DNA from: Candidatus Omnitrophota bacterium
GTDB taxonomy: Bacteria > Omnitrophota > Gorgyraeia > Gygaellales > Profunditerraquicolaceae
Assembly: GCA_026387355.1 (NCBI GenBank)
Contig: JAPLLW010000016.1
Coordinates: forward strand, 6,240-70,239
DNA length: 64,000 nt
Direction: 5' to 3'
Part shown: positions 23,419-32,317 of the stretch, in pieces
Position numbering within the stretch: position 1 is the first letter of the stretch
Layout: every line of letters begins with the position of its first letter
Notes under the pieces: model-generated
Database searches by the model: none
Seen by the model: the letters and a program-made list of their open reading frames with translations, nothing else
What the model was told of the DNA's origin: nothing
Program-made: the position numbers and the translations under genes

Positions 23419-23486
23419 AAAAAAGGGGTCAGAATTATTTTTCTTTCACCTGTCAGGGCCGGAAAAATAATTCTGACCCCTTTTTT
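23419..23486. repeat. 25-bp perfect inverted repeat with 18-nt spacer (REP-like / possible bidirectional terminator)
   Basis: AAAAAAGGGGTCAGAATTATTTTTC ... GAAAAATAATTCTGACCCCTTTTTT between tRNA-Gly and tRNA-Leu. Confidence 0.85.
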
Positions 23487-23499
23487 CAAAGAATATACT

Positions 23500-23581
23500 T
23501 GGGCGGAAGAGGATTTGAACCTCCAAGGGTTGCCCCAATAGCTCCTAAGGCTATCGCGTCTGCCAATTTCGCCATCCGCCC
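23500..23581 (-). tRNA. tRNA-Leu (TAG)
   Basis: GGGCGGATGGCGAAATTGGCAGACGCGATAGCCTTAGGAGCTATTGGGGCAACCCTTGGAGGTTCAAATCCTCTTCCGCCCA; long variable arm. Confidence 0.95.
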
Positions 23582-23689
23582 GGATATTTCCTCTTACGCT
23601 TAGAAAACTACTAAACTCGTTCTATAGTCCCTCCGCCTAATTAAGAATAGGTTGGCGTTCGGGACTCATTTTTGCTGCGCAAAAATTCG

Positions 23690-23762
23690 TGAGCCTCCCG
23701 AGACTCGAACTCGGCACACGCGGCTTAAAAAGCCGCTGCTCTACCAGATGAGCTAGAGGCCC
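23690..23762 (-). tRNA. tRNA-Lys (TTT)
   Basis: GGGCCTCTAGCTCATCTGGTAGAGCAGCGGCTTTTTAAGCCGCGTGTGCCGAGTTCGAGTCTCGGGAGGCTCA; starts 4 nt after the frr stop. Confidence 0.93.
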
Positions 23763-23766
23763 AAAC

Positions 23767-24327
23767 TCAGAATTCCAATACTTCTTTTTCTTTATTTTTT
23801 AAAATATCGTCAACCCTAGCGATATATTTATCAACTAACTTCTGCAGCTCATCAATACCCCTAAACTTATCATCTTCGGAGACAATCTTATCCTTCTCTA
23901 ATTTTTCAATATGTTCTTTGGCATCACGCCTGATCGTCCTAAGAGATATTCTTCCTGACTCCGCCATTTTATGTATTTCTTTAGCCAATTCTTGACGCCT
24001 ATCTTTAGATAATTGCGGGAATGATAAACGGATAAGCTTACCGTCATTAGAAGGATTGACTCCTAAATTAGACTTCAATATCGCTTTTTCAATCTCGGGT
24101 ATTGCGGTAATATCCCAAGGTTGAATCACTAATAAATGCGCATCAGCAGTTGCAATAGAGGCCAACTGCTTCAAGAGAGTCGGGGTCCCGTAATAATCTA
24201 TATGCAAACCCTCAACTAATGTAGGGCTTGCGCGACCGGTGCGGATTTCTCCAAATTCTCTAGTTACTGATTCAAGGGACTTCTTCATCTTATCTTCACT
24301 ACTGTGCAAAATTTCTTTAGTAGACAT
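23767..24327 (-). CDS. frr: Ribosome recycling factor
   Basis: IRTGRASP, YYGTPT, IQPWD; canonical rpsB-tsf-pyrH-frr order. Confidence 0.97.
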   Translation of the reverse strand: MSTKEILHSSEDKMKKSLESVTREFGEIRTGRASPTLVEGLHIDYYGTPTLLKQLASIATADAHLLVIQPWDITAIPEIEKAILKSNLGVNPSNDGKLIRLSFPQLSKDRRQELAKEIHKMAESGRISLRTIRRDAKEHIEKLEKDKIVSEDDKFRGIDELQKLVDKYIARVDDILKNKEKEVLEF

Positions 24328-24361
24328 GCTTTCCTCCTAGGCTACTTTAAAAAACAAGCTT

Positions 24362-25081
24362 CTACTGAACGACAGTTCCAATCTTGTCGCCCAACACAAC
24401 ACGCTTAATATTGCCTGTCTTGTTTAGATTAAATACCACGATGGGAAGTTTGTTATCCATACAAAGACTGATCGCAGTTGCATCCATAACTTTCAGTCCC
24501 TTTTTAAGCACATCGATATATTTTAATTGGGAGAACTTCTTAGCTTCTTTTACTTTTAAAGGATCTGCAGAATAAACCCCATCTACCTGAGTGGCTTTAA
24601 GTATCGCGTCAGCATTAATCTCCATCGCCCGCAGGGCTGCCGCAGTATCAGTGGTAAAATAAGGATTTCCTGTTCCTGCGACAAAAATAACTACCCGCCC
24701 CTTTTCTAAATGGCGAATAGCTCTCCTTCTGATATATGGCTCGGCGATTCGCTGCATCTCAATTGCAGTCATAACCCTGGTAGGGACACCCGTCTTCTCG
24801 AGAACATCCTGCAGCGCTAGGCCGTTAATTACGGTAGCCAACATCCCCATATAATCGGCAACGGATCTATCCATATCCAATCCGCGACTTCCGGTATTCT
24901 CCTGGCCGCGAAAAATATTCCCCGCCCCTAAAACTATCGCCACATCCACTTTTAAATCCCGGATCTCTTTTATCTGACGGGAGATGGATATTAAAACCGA
25001 CTGGTCTATTCCGTGGGATTTCCTACCCTGCAGGGCTTCGCCGCTTAACTTAAGAAGTATCCTTTTATAAACTGAACCCAT
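24362..25081 (-). CDS. pyrH: UMP kinase
   Basis: [28 protein letters not shown]. Confidence 0.97.
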   Translation of the reverse strand: MGSVYKRILLKLSGEALQGRKSHGIDQSVLISISRQIKEIRDLKVDVAIVLGAGNIFRGQENTGSRGLDMDRSVADYMGMLATVINGLALQDVLEKTGVPTRVMTAIEMQRIAEPYIRRRAIRHLEKGRVVIFVAGTGNPYFTTDTAAALRAMEINADAILKATQVDGVYSADPLKVKEAKKFSQLKYIDVLKKGLKVMDATAISLCMDNKLPIVVFNLNKTGNIKRVVLGDKIGTVVQ

Positions 25082-25086
25082 TGATA

Positions 25087-25611
25087 TTATTCGCCGACTT
25101 TATAGCGCATAAACCTGCGCACGACAATATTTTCGCCAATCTTAGCAACAATACTACCCAGGTAATCGTTAATACTCATAGAGGGATCTTTAACAAAAGG
25201 CTGCTCTAGCAAGCAATGATTCTTATAAAACTCTTCCTTGTTCTTTTCATGCTCAACCACTTCAGCCGGGACATCCTCTTTCTTAATATACAACGGACTA
25301 GTCGCGGTTATCTGCATAGCTAAATCTTTGGTAAACTTTATAAAATCGTCGTTTTTAGCTACGAAATCTGACTCGCAATTAACCTCAATCAATGCGCCAA
25401 CCTTATTCCCGTGATGAATATAGGTCTCAATCCTTCCTTCTCTGGCTATTCGGGACTGTCTCTTTGCGGCAATCTCGAGCCCCTGCTTGCGTAAGAATTC
25501 CGCGGCCTTCTTAATATCCCCTTTTGTCTCCTCAAGCGCCTTCTTACAATGCCCAACACTTGACAAAGTCATCTCTCTTAATTCTTTAATCTGCTCTACC
25601 GATATTTTCAT
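25087..25611 (-). CDS. tsf: Elongation factor Ts (short form)
   Basis: [30 protein letters not shown]; 174 aa. Confidence 0.93.
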   Translation of the reverse strand: MKISVEQIKELREMTLSSVGHCKKALEETKGDIKKAAEFLRKQGLEIAAKRQSRIAREGRIETYIHHGNKVGALIEVNCESDFVAKNDDFIKFTKDLAMQITATSPLYIKKEDVPAEVVEHEKNKEEFYKNHCLLEQPFVKDPSMSINDYLGSIVAKIGENIVVRRFMRYKVGE

Positions 25612-25617
25612 TTTAGT

Positions 25618-26511
25618 TTATGCCTTCCTCTTTATCTTTGGACGACCGTCAATTGTAGGTTTCATATGAGCCTTTTTAATAGACTTACCATCTTCATCGA
25701 GCGGTTCAATCGTTTCAACTATCTCCTCGATCTCTTTTATCTTAATCTCTTCTTCAGGTAATAAGGCCGGCTCTTCAATCGCAGCCTCTTCTTTAATCTT
25801 TACCCCTTCCTGAGAAAGATAGGAAAGAAATTTCTTTCTCCCATCGATTATTGCATCGGTTAAGATATTCGCCACCACCTTTATAGATTTGGTAGCGTCG
25901 TCGTTACCGGGTATAGGATAATCTATAAAATCCGGATTAGAATTAGTGTCGATTAAGGCTACGATTGGAATACCCAAACGCCTTGCCTCTTTTACCGCAG
26001 TATCTTCTTTGCTTGAATCCACCACAAACATCGCCTTAGGCATACGCTCCATAGGAACAATACCCGCAAAGTTTTTATTCAGCTTAGTAAGCTCTTTTTC
26101 AAGACGAGCCACTTCTTTTTTGGTCAACTGGGCAAAAGTCCCGTCTTCGCGCATCCGTTCTATTTCCTTTAAACGGTTTATACTCTTTTTTATAGTTGAG
26201 AAATTAGTCAACATACCACCTGGCCAACGCTCAGTTACATAATACATCCCCGAACGCATTGCCTCCTGATGCATAACCTCCTGCGCCTGCTTTTTAGTAC
26301 CCACAAAAAGAACATATTCTCCTTTTGAAGTTATATCCAACAGGAAATCCCTTGCCTTATTTATGCATTCTTCCGTCTTCTCAAGATCAATAATGTAAAT
26401 ACCGCTTCTAGAACCGAAAATAAATTTCTTCATTTTTGGATTCCAACGCTTAGTCTGATGCCCGAAATGCACCCCTGCTTCCAACAACTGCTTAATTAAA
26501 TCTGATGGCAC
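25618..26511 (-). CDS. rpsB: 30S ribosomal protein S2
   Basis: LLEAGVHFGHQTKRWNPKM, PGNDD; GTG start after GGGGGAG. Confidence 0.97.
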   Translation of the reverse strand: MPSDLIKQLLEAGVHFGHQTKRWNPKMKKFIFGSRSGIYIIDLEKTEECINKARDFLLDITSKGEYVLFVGTKKQAQEVMHQEAMRSGMYYVTERWPGGMLTNFSTIKKSINRLKEIERMREDGTFAQLTKKEVARLEKELTKLNKNFAGIVPMERMPKAMFVVDSSKEDTAVKEARRLGIPIVALIDTNSNPDFIDYPIPGNDDATKSIKVVANILTDAIIDGRKKFLSYLSQEGVKIKEEAAIEEPALLPEEEIKIKEIEEIVETIEPLDEDGKSIKKAHMKPTIDGRPKIKRKA

Positions 26512-26635
26512 TTTTTACTCCCCCTTTTTACCCGCTTTATGCGGACGTCCCGCTCTAGATAAATAAATTTATTGTTGCGAGAATTGTTAATATGGAACGT
26601 TGCCAAGACTCTCCCGGCAACTGCTGAACTCTATT

Positions 26636-26663
26636 ATTTTAGCAAAATTATGACAATATGCAA
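26636..26663 (-). promoter_or_regulatory. Putative sigma70 promoter of the rpsB operon
   Basis: Minus strand TTGCAT-N16-TAAAAT with TG extended -10; leaves a roughly 120 nt leader. Confidence 0.5.
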
Positions 26664-28454
26664 CTAATTTCGCAGCTCCTGCATGAGATGCAAGCGCTTG
26701 TAAAAACCGTCTTTAGCCATAAGCTCGCTATGCGTACCTGATTCAACTACCAGCCCTTTATCCAAAACAACTATTTTATGCGCATTTCTGACCGTGGAAA
26801 GCCTATGCGCAATAACTAATACCGTACGCCCCTGGATAAGCCGGTCTAAAGCCTCTTGGACTACGCGCTCTGATTCTGAATCTAGCTGAGAAGTAGCTTC
26901 ATCAAGTATTAAAATGGGTGGATTTTTAAGTAAGGCACGGGCTATGGCGACTCTCTGACGCTCTCCTCCTGAAATACGCGCCCCCCTGTCCCCGATAAAA
27001 GTATCATATCCTTGCGGCATGCGACTGATAAAATCATGGGCATTAGCTTGCATTGCCGCCTGCTTTATCTCTTCATCGCTTGCGCCTGGTTTTCCATAAG
27101 CAATATTTGCCCTAATTGAGTCATTAAAAAGTATCGTCTCCTGAGAAACGATCCCGATTTGCTGACGCAGGGATTTTAAGGTAACCTCTCTAATATCTGT
27201 ACCATCAATACTAATCTTTCCCTTTTGTGGATCGTAAAAACGCGGGATTAGATCCAAAAGGGTGGTCTTGCCTGTACCGCTAGGACCAACAATCGCTAAC
27301 ATTGAACCATACGGCACATCCAAACTTATTCCTTTAAGCACCTGATTATCACCATAATGAAACCAGACATCGCTAAAAACAATATTGCGCCTAAAATCCT
27401 TTAATTCGCTAGCAGTAGGAGATTCGACAACGCTAGGGACAGCCTCCAAAACTTCATAAATGCGCTCACTAGCTGCTTCTGCCTGTTGGTTTAAAGAAGC
27501 TACCTGACTTAATTTCTTAAACGGCCTGATGGTAGATAAGAGCGAGCCAATGAAAAGTCCAAAAACGCCGAAAGAGATCTTACCCGCGATAACCTCTCTT
27601 CCTCCGAGTACAAAGACAGCTACACCTGCAATACATCCTACTATCTCGGTAACCGGGGATAAAAGTAGGGTGCGCTTTATTGACTTCATTGATATCTTAT
27701 AATAATCATTATTTACTTTATTAAACTTATTTATCTCGTAATCTTCCATATTGAAAGCTTTTACTATACGCGCTCCAGAAATGGTCTCATAAAGTATGGA
27801 GTTGGTATCTGCCGCTTTCTCCTGAGACCTCTTGGATAACTTTCTAAGTTTCTTGCCTACCGTAGAGATTAAATAGCCTAAAAGCGCCAGGGGCGGTAGA
27901 ATAAAGATAACAAATTTTGCATAAATAAACAGTGTCAACGAGAAGAATATAACTACCTGTAAACCCTGATATACCAAATCAGTTGAGCCATACGAAACTG
28001 CGTTCTCAACAATTCTTGCATCATTGGTAATACGCGACATCATCTCGCCACCACGCTTATGCGTAAAATAATCTAAAGATAGTGTCTGGAATTTAGCGTA
28101 AAGCTTGGCTTTTATATCCCTGACAATGGCTTGACCAATATCAGACATGATATAGCTTTGCACGAAACCGAAAAAACCTTTTAACACGAACAAGATGACG
28201 ATCCCAAAGGCCATATAGTTTAGAAGCGCTTCCGGGGTAAAACTATTAATTTTGTCCACCAAATTTGCCAAAGGAATAGGCAGCTTTGTGGGGATAATAA
28301 TCTTTTTATTGGTAAGTACTTTATCAGCCAAAGGAACCATCATTGCCAGAGATACTCCGTCAAAGATAGCAGAGAAACCCATGCAAATAGTAGCTATGAT
28401 GAACTTCCCGGAATATGGCTTAATAAATCGCAGTAACTTCAAATAATCACGCAT
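26664..28454 (-). CDS. msbA: Lipid A flippase MsbA-like ABC transporter
   Basis: TM domain plus NBD (GPSGTGKT, ISGGERQR, ILDEATS); divergent from the lpxB unit. Confidence 0.8.
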   Translation of the reverse strand: MRDYLKLLRFIKPYSGKFIIATICMGFSAIFDGVSLAMMVPLADKVLTNKKIIIPTKLPIPLANLVDKINSFTPEALLNYMAFGIVILFVLKGFFGFVQSYIMSDIGQAIVRDIKAKLYAKFQTLSLDYFTHKRGGEMMSRITNDARIVENAVSYGSTDLVYQGLQVVIFFSLTLFIYAKFVIFILPPLALLGYLISTVGKKLRKLSKRSQEKAADTNSILYETISGARIVKAFNMEDYEINKFNKVNNDYYKISMKSIKRTLLLSPVTEIVGCIAGVAVFVLGGREVIAGKISFGVFGLFIGSLLSTIRPFKKLSQVASLNQQAEAASERIYEVLEAVPSVVESPTASELKDFRRNIVFSDVWFHYGDNQVLKGISLDVPYGSMLAIVGPSGTGKTTLLDLIPRFYDPQKGKISIDGTDIREVTLKSLRQQIGIVSQETILFNDSIRANIAYGKPGASDEEIKQAAMQANAHDFISRMPQGYDTFIGDRGARISGGERQRVAIARALLKNPPILILDEATSQLDSESERVVQEALDRLIQGRTVLVIAHRLSTVRNAHKIVVLDKGLVVESGTHSELMAKDGFYKRLHLMQELRN

Positions 28455-28481
28455 TTTACGCTCCTGTCTAAAAGGAAATGC

Positions 28482-28510
28482 ATTTTAGCATAACTCTAGC
28501 CTTGTAGCAA
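28482..28510 (-). promoter_or_regulatory. Putative sigma70 promoter of msbA
   Basis: Minus strand TTGCTA-N17-TAAAAT with TG extension. Confidence 0.55.
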
Positions 28511-28532
28511 CTTTTTTATTGCATAATTTGGC

Positions 28533-28811
28533 CTTGCGTCTGCCTTGGCTTGTTTCTCGCGGGTACGTCCTTCTTCGCTAAAGCTTCGAAGGACTGTTCT
28601 CCGAAGCCTTGGCGAAGGAAAACGCTTGCTCGCCCCAGCGTGGCTCAGCTTAGCTCGGGTCGGCTGCGTCGCTCGAAATCAAGCCAAACCATCCGCAAGA
28701 AAGTGTCTTCGTATGTTTTAGCGGGTGACACGGCGACAGGTCCCCTACTTTTCGCAGGGCGATTAGCCCGAGAAGAAGCAGGGTGGCGCCGTGGCAGGAC
28801 CCGCTAAAACA
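28533..28811 (+). repeat. Two-module structured intergenic element, copy 1 (REP/MITE-like or ncRNA)
   Basis: Module A 28533-28699 (CTGCCTTG, TCGCGGGTACG, GCTCGGGT); module B 28714-28811 (GCGGGTGAC...GGGTGG...GGCAGGACCCGC); homologous to 36017-36305 reversed. Confidence 0.75.
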
Positions 28812-28820
28812 AAATTTTAG

Positions 28821-28849
28821 TTGAAACAAGATAGTCTCTCTGCTATCAT
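28821..28849 (+). promoter_or_regulatory. Putative sigma70 promoter giving a leaderless gnnA-like/lpxB transcript
   Basis: TTGAAA-N17-TATCAT with TG extension; ATG at 28856 lies 7 nt after the -10; no SD. Confidence 0.55.
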
Positions 28850-28855
28850 CATGCT

Positions 28856-29782
28856 ATGGATAAATTAAAGGTAGGCGTAATCGGTGTAGGCCATCTCGGC
28901 GGTATTCACGCTAAAATATACAAAGAGATCGGGAACTGCGAGCTTGTGGCTATCTGCGATACAGATAAGAAACAATTAAACGCTGTCTCCCAGAGTCTAA
29001 GTGTACCCGGATACCATAATCACCAGGAACTCTTTGGTAAAGTTGATGCTATAAGCGTAGCTACACCTACAAAGCTGCATTTTAAAATCGCCGCTGACTT
29101 CTTAAAACAGGGGATCCATGCGCTTGTAGAAAAACCCTTTACCCCCACACTTGAAGAGGCTGACAGCCTGATAAACTTAGCCCAGGAAAAGGATCTGATA
29201 CTACAGGTAGGACATATTGAAAGGTTTAACTCTGCCTTTAACGCAACTCAAAAAATTATCAAGGATCCAAAATTTATAGAATGCCACCGCCTCTCTCCAT
29301 TTCCTAACCGTTCAACTGACGTCGGGGCAGTCTTAGACATTATGATTCATGATATCGATATCATACTGGGTTTGGTAAATTCGCCGGTAGACAAAATTGA
29401 ATCAGTAGGGATTAACGTGCTCACGCCTTTTGAAGATATCGCTAATGCCAGAATTACTTTTAAGAACGGTTGCGTGGCTAATCTCACTGCCTCCCGCATC
29501 TCTGACGAAGTAATGCGTAAAATCCGCATCTTCCAGGAGAATACCTATATATCGCTGGATTATAAAAATGCCGAGGCCTGGGTATATCGCAAGGCATTCT
29601 TAAGGATCGTAAAAGAAAATCTCCCCATTGAAAAAGAACAACCCCTGCAAAAAGAGCTTCAGGCATTTGTGGATTGCGTAATCGGGCATATCCAACCGCT
29701 TGTCTCAGGAAAAGTTGCCCGCGAAGCCTTAAAAGTAGCTTTGGAGATACAAAATCAGATATGGCACAAAAAAATATCCTGA
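28856..29782 (+). CDS. Gfo/Idh/MocA oxidoreductase, GnnA-like (UDP-GlcNAc 3-dehydrogenase candidate)
   Basis: VGVIGVGHLG, LVEKP, GHIERFN, DIMIHDID; overlaps lpxB. Confidence 0.8.
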   Translation: MDKLKVGVIGVGHLGGIHAKIYKEIGNCELVAICDTDKKQLNAVSQSLSVPGYHNHQELFGKVDAISVATPTKLHFKIAADFLKQGIHALVEKPFTPTLEEADSLINLAQEKDLILQVGHIERFNSAFNATQKIIKDPKFIECHRLSPFPNRSTDVGAVLDIMIHDIDIILGLVNSPVDKIESVGINVLTPFEDIANARITFKNGCVANLTASRISDEVMRKIRIFQENTYISLDYKNAEAWVYRKAFLRIVKENLPIEKEQPLQKELQAFVDCVIGHIQPLVSGKVAREALKVALEIQNQIWHKKIS

Positions 29783-30894
29783 TTATCTGCGGCGAGCCTT
29801 CCGGTGAACTTCACGCTGCTACCTTAGTCTCTTCTCTAAAGAAATTAAGACCAGATTGGAAAATATTTGGCGTAGGCGGATCCCTCCTCTCTAACGCAGG
29901 CGCTGAAATTATTTACAATATAAAAGATTTAAGTGTCATGGGGCTCTTTGATGTACTTAAAAAACTCCCTCGGTTCATTGCCTTAAAGAATAGGATCCTA
30001 CAAAAACTTGAACACCATAAGATTGAGGCAGTTATTTTTGTAGATTTCTCCGGGTTTAATCTCAGGCTTGCTAAAGATATTAATAACCGCATCCCAACCA
30101 TCTATTACGTCAGCCCCCAGGTCTGGGCATCCAGAGAGGCTCGCGTTAAGACTATCAAGAAATATATCCGCAAGATGATCGTACTCTTCCCTTTTGAAAA
30201 AGAATTCTATAAAAAACACGGAATGGATGTAGAACTAGTAGGCCATCCACTCCTGGATATCGTAAAATCTAAAGAGGATAAGGCTTCTTTATTAAAAGCA
30301 TTAAACTTCCCTACGGAAAAAACTACAATAGCCCTATTGCCCGGATCGCGTAAACAGGAAATCAATAAAATTCTCCCCATAATGCTTAAAGCAGCTCAAT
30401 TGATAAATAAGAAACTCGATGCGCAGTATATAATTGCAAAACCAATCCAGTCTGAGCGCAATATTTATGAACACATACTCAAAAAAACTAATTTAAATGT
30501 AGCAATTGTGGAAGGTAAAACCTACGAATGCATCAACGCAGCTAACTTTTGCCTAGTCTGCTCAGGAACAGCTACACTTGAGACAGCAATTATGCAAAAA
30601 CCATTTCTGTTGATTTACAAGATGAATCTATTGAATTATCTGCTTTACCGGCCGCAGGTAAAGCTACCCTACATAGGTTTAGCGAATATAGTCGTGGGAA
30701 GAAAAATAATCCCGGAACTTATCCAATTTCAAGCTACACCCGATAAAATTGCAAAAGAAACCTTAAGCATCTTAAATGACCCCGCTAGATTAGAAAAAAT
30801 GCATAAAGATCTTGCTGAAGTAAAAACATGCCTCGGTGAACCAGGAGCAGCTATCCGCGCTAGCCACATAATCATCGATTTTCTAAAAGCTTAG
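29761..30894 (+). CDS. lpxB: Lipid-A-disaccharide synthase
   Basis: Start at ATG 29761 (MAQKNILIICGEPSGELH); YVSPQVWASR, FPFE, VGHPLLD, LLPGSR, SGTATLE. Confidence 0.94.
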   Translation: MAQKNILIICGEPSGELHAATLVSSLKKLRPDWKIFGVGGSLLSNAGAEIIYNIKDLSVMGLFDVLKKLPRFIALKNRILQKLEHHKIEAVIFVDFSGFNLRLAKDINNRIPTIYYVSPQVWASREARVKTIKKYIRKMIVLFPFEKEFYKKHGMDVELVGHPLLDIVKSKEDKASLLKALNFPTEKTTIALLPGSRKQEINKILPIMLKAAQLINKKLDAQYIIAKPIQSERNIYEHILKKTNLNVAIVEGKTYECINAANFCLVCSGTATLETAIMQKPFLLIYKMNLLNYLLYRPQVKLPYIGLANIVVGRKIIPELIQFQATPDKIAKETLSILNDPARLEKMHKDLAEVKTCLGEPGAAIRASHIIIDFLKA

Positions 30895-30895
30895 T

Positions 30896-31984
30896 TTAAT
30901 AATCTTTTGCTGAATTGATTCGTTCATCAATCGGAGGATGGTCAAAGAAGAAGAATTTGATTATCGGATTCGGGGACCTATCGGAGAGATTCTGCTCAGA
31001 GAGCTTATTCATCGTAGAAATAAATGCATCTTTTAAACCGGTAGTCTCAAGGGCCAAAGAATCTGCGCTACGCTCAAAACTCCTGCTCACAAATGCCTCG
31101 AGCGGCTGTGCAATTACACTCAAGAGTATAAAATATATAAAAATAAGCGGCAGGCTTGCAATGTCGGATAAAGAAGCAAGTCCGAATAAATTCAGGGCAT
31201 AGATGCTTGTCCTGGCTATTAAATAGAAGATTACAAGAATGCTTAGCGAATTAATCACGATCAACTTTAGCAGGTGTTTTAACCGGCAATGCGCGAATTC
31301 ATGCGCTAATATAACTTCTATTTCATCGTAACTATATTTATCTTTCAAGGTATCGGCAAGAATTACCCTACGCGTATTCCCTACACCCACAAAGGCTGCA
31401 TTAGCCTTTAATGTCTTTTTGCTGAAATCTATTTCAAAACAATCAAGCAATTTAACATTCATTCTTTCAGCCAGTTTCATAATCCTTTCCCTTAATAATT
31501 CATCAGAGAGTTTTTTGTATTTGAAAAAAAGCGGGATAACTAACACAGGTAAAACTTTGGCCAGGATTATGCTAAAGAAAATCCAGAATGCCGAAATCGC
31601 CAGCCACCAATAAGCAGCTGTATATCTTAGAATAATATAAAAGGCCATAACTAATATTAGGCTAACTAAGAAAGAAAGACCCAGAGTCTTGAGCTGATCA
31701 TAAGACCAATCTCTCAAACTTTGCGTAGATAAAGAAAATCTATGTTCTAATATATAAGACTGGTAGAATTCAAGGGGTAGATTCAGAAAGTAGTATCCGA
31801 TGGAGACTACTGCTAAATAAGCCGGTACAACAATGTAGCTTAGGACATATTTGTTAAGCCAGATTGATAGCTTACCGGATAAACCTGAGCTTAAAAATAA
31901 AAAAAGCAGGAGAAGGATGTAGGCTGACTCAATGACCGTTAAGGTATATTTTATATTGGAATAACGCTTGGCCTTATCCTGCAT
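30896..31984 (-). CDS. M48 family (Ste24-like) membrane zinc metalloprotease
   Basis: Multiple TM segments, ANAAFVG, HEFAH (HEXXH), ERSAD, DHPPIDERI. Confidence 0.9.
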   Translation of the reverse strand: MQDKAKRYSNIKYTLTVIESAYILLLLFLFLSSGLSGKLSIWLNKYVLSYIVVPAYLAVVSIGYYFLNLPLEFYQSYILEHRFSLSTQSLRDWSYDQLKTLGLSFLVSLILVMAFYIILRYTAAYWWLAISAFWIFFSIILAKVLPVLVIPLFFKYKKLSDELLRERIMKLAERMNVKLLDCFEIDFSKKTLKANAAFVGVGNTRRVILADTLKDKYSYDEIEVILAHEFAHCRLKHLLKLIVINSLSILVIFYLIARTSIYALNLFGLASLSDIASLPLIFIYFILLSVIAQPLEAFVSRSFERSADSLALETTGLKDAFISTMNKLSEQNLSDRSPNPIIKFFFFDHPPIDERINSAKDY

Positions 31985-32000
31985 ATTTGAGCTGAGGATA

Positions 32001-32246
32001 CTACTTGGACTTCTTTACGAGAGGCTTTACATTAACGAAGGTGCGCACCTTTCCGTGGCTCGTCTTCTTCTTAGTGAAATAAACTTCGCCGGCACAGGCA
32101 GCAAAAAGCGTACCTAAGCCCCTGACATTAATCCCGGACTTGTAGGAATCTACACCTCTAATTAATACCTGACCGGTTTTAACAGACATGCCTGTTGAAA
32201 CTTTATTCGCTTTATCTTTCTTTGGCGTTGAAAATCCACCTGTCAT
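32001..32246 (-). CDS. rpmA: Divergent 50S ribosomal protein bL27 homolog
   Basis: G-x-SVKTGQVLIR...G-x-NV...TLFAACAGEVYF...RTFVNV aligns by eye to the bL27 core; AAGGAGGT SD; lacks the N-terminal AHKK. Confidence 0.7.
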   Translation of the reverse strand: MTGGFSTPKKDKANKVSTGMSVKTGQVLIRGVDSYKSGINVRGLGTLFAACAGEVYFTKKKTSHGKVRTFVNVKPLVKKSK

Positions 32247-32289
32247 TTGATTACCTCCTTATGATAAACTAAATTATTCTATTTAAGTG

Positions 32290-32317
32290 AGTATATTAAC
32301 ATATAAACACTAATCAA
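32290..32317 (-). promoter_or_regulatory. Putative sigma70 promoter of the bL27-like gene
   Basis: Minus strand TTGATT-N16-TATACT. Confidence 0.45.

Noticed and set aside
23002-23541. 179-aa plus-strand ORF
   Set aside because: Antisense to PTS IIA and two tRNAs (GGIRTRDINLGKVALYQLSY is typical tRNA-antisense translation).
25087-25611. Truncated or pseudogenised tsf
   Set aside because: Short EF-Ts forms are established in several phyla, and both N- and C-terminal motifs are present.
28550-28807. 85-aa ORF in the msbA/gnnA-like intergenic region
   Set aside because: Coincides with the GC-rich palindromic element; no SD and no protein-level similarity to the ORF over the second copy.
28533-28811. 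Possible SRP RNA, RNase P, tmRNA, 6S or riboswitch identity for the structured element
   Set aside because: I could not find their diagnostic motifs (SRP GNRA/AGCAG domain IV, RNase P P4, tRNA-like ends), and a second divergent copy argues against a single-copy housekeeping RNA; an Rfam scan is still needed.
29674-29760. Upstream extension of lpxB
   Set aside because: Lies within the preceding gene; LpxB homology starts at ATG 29761.
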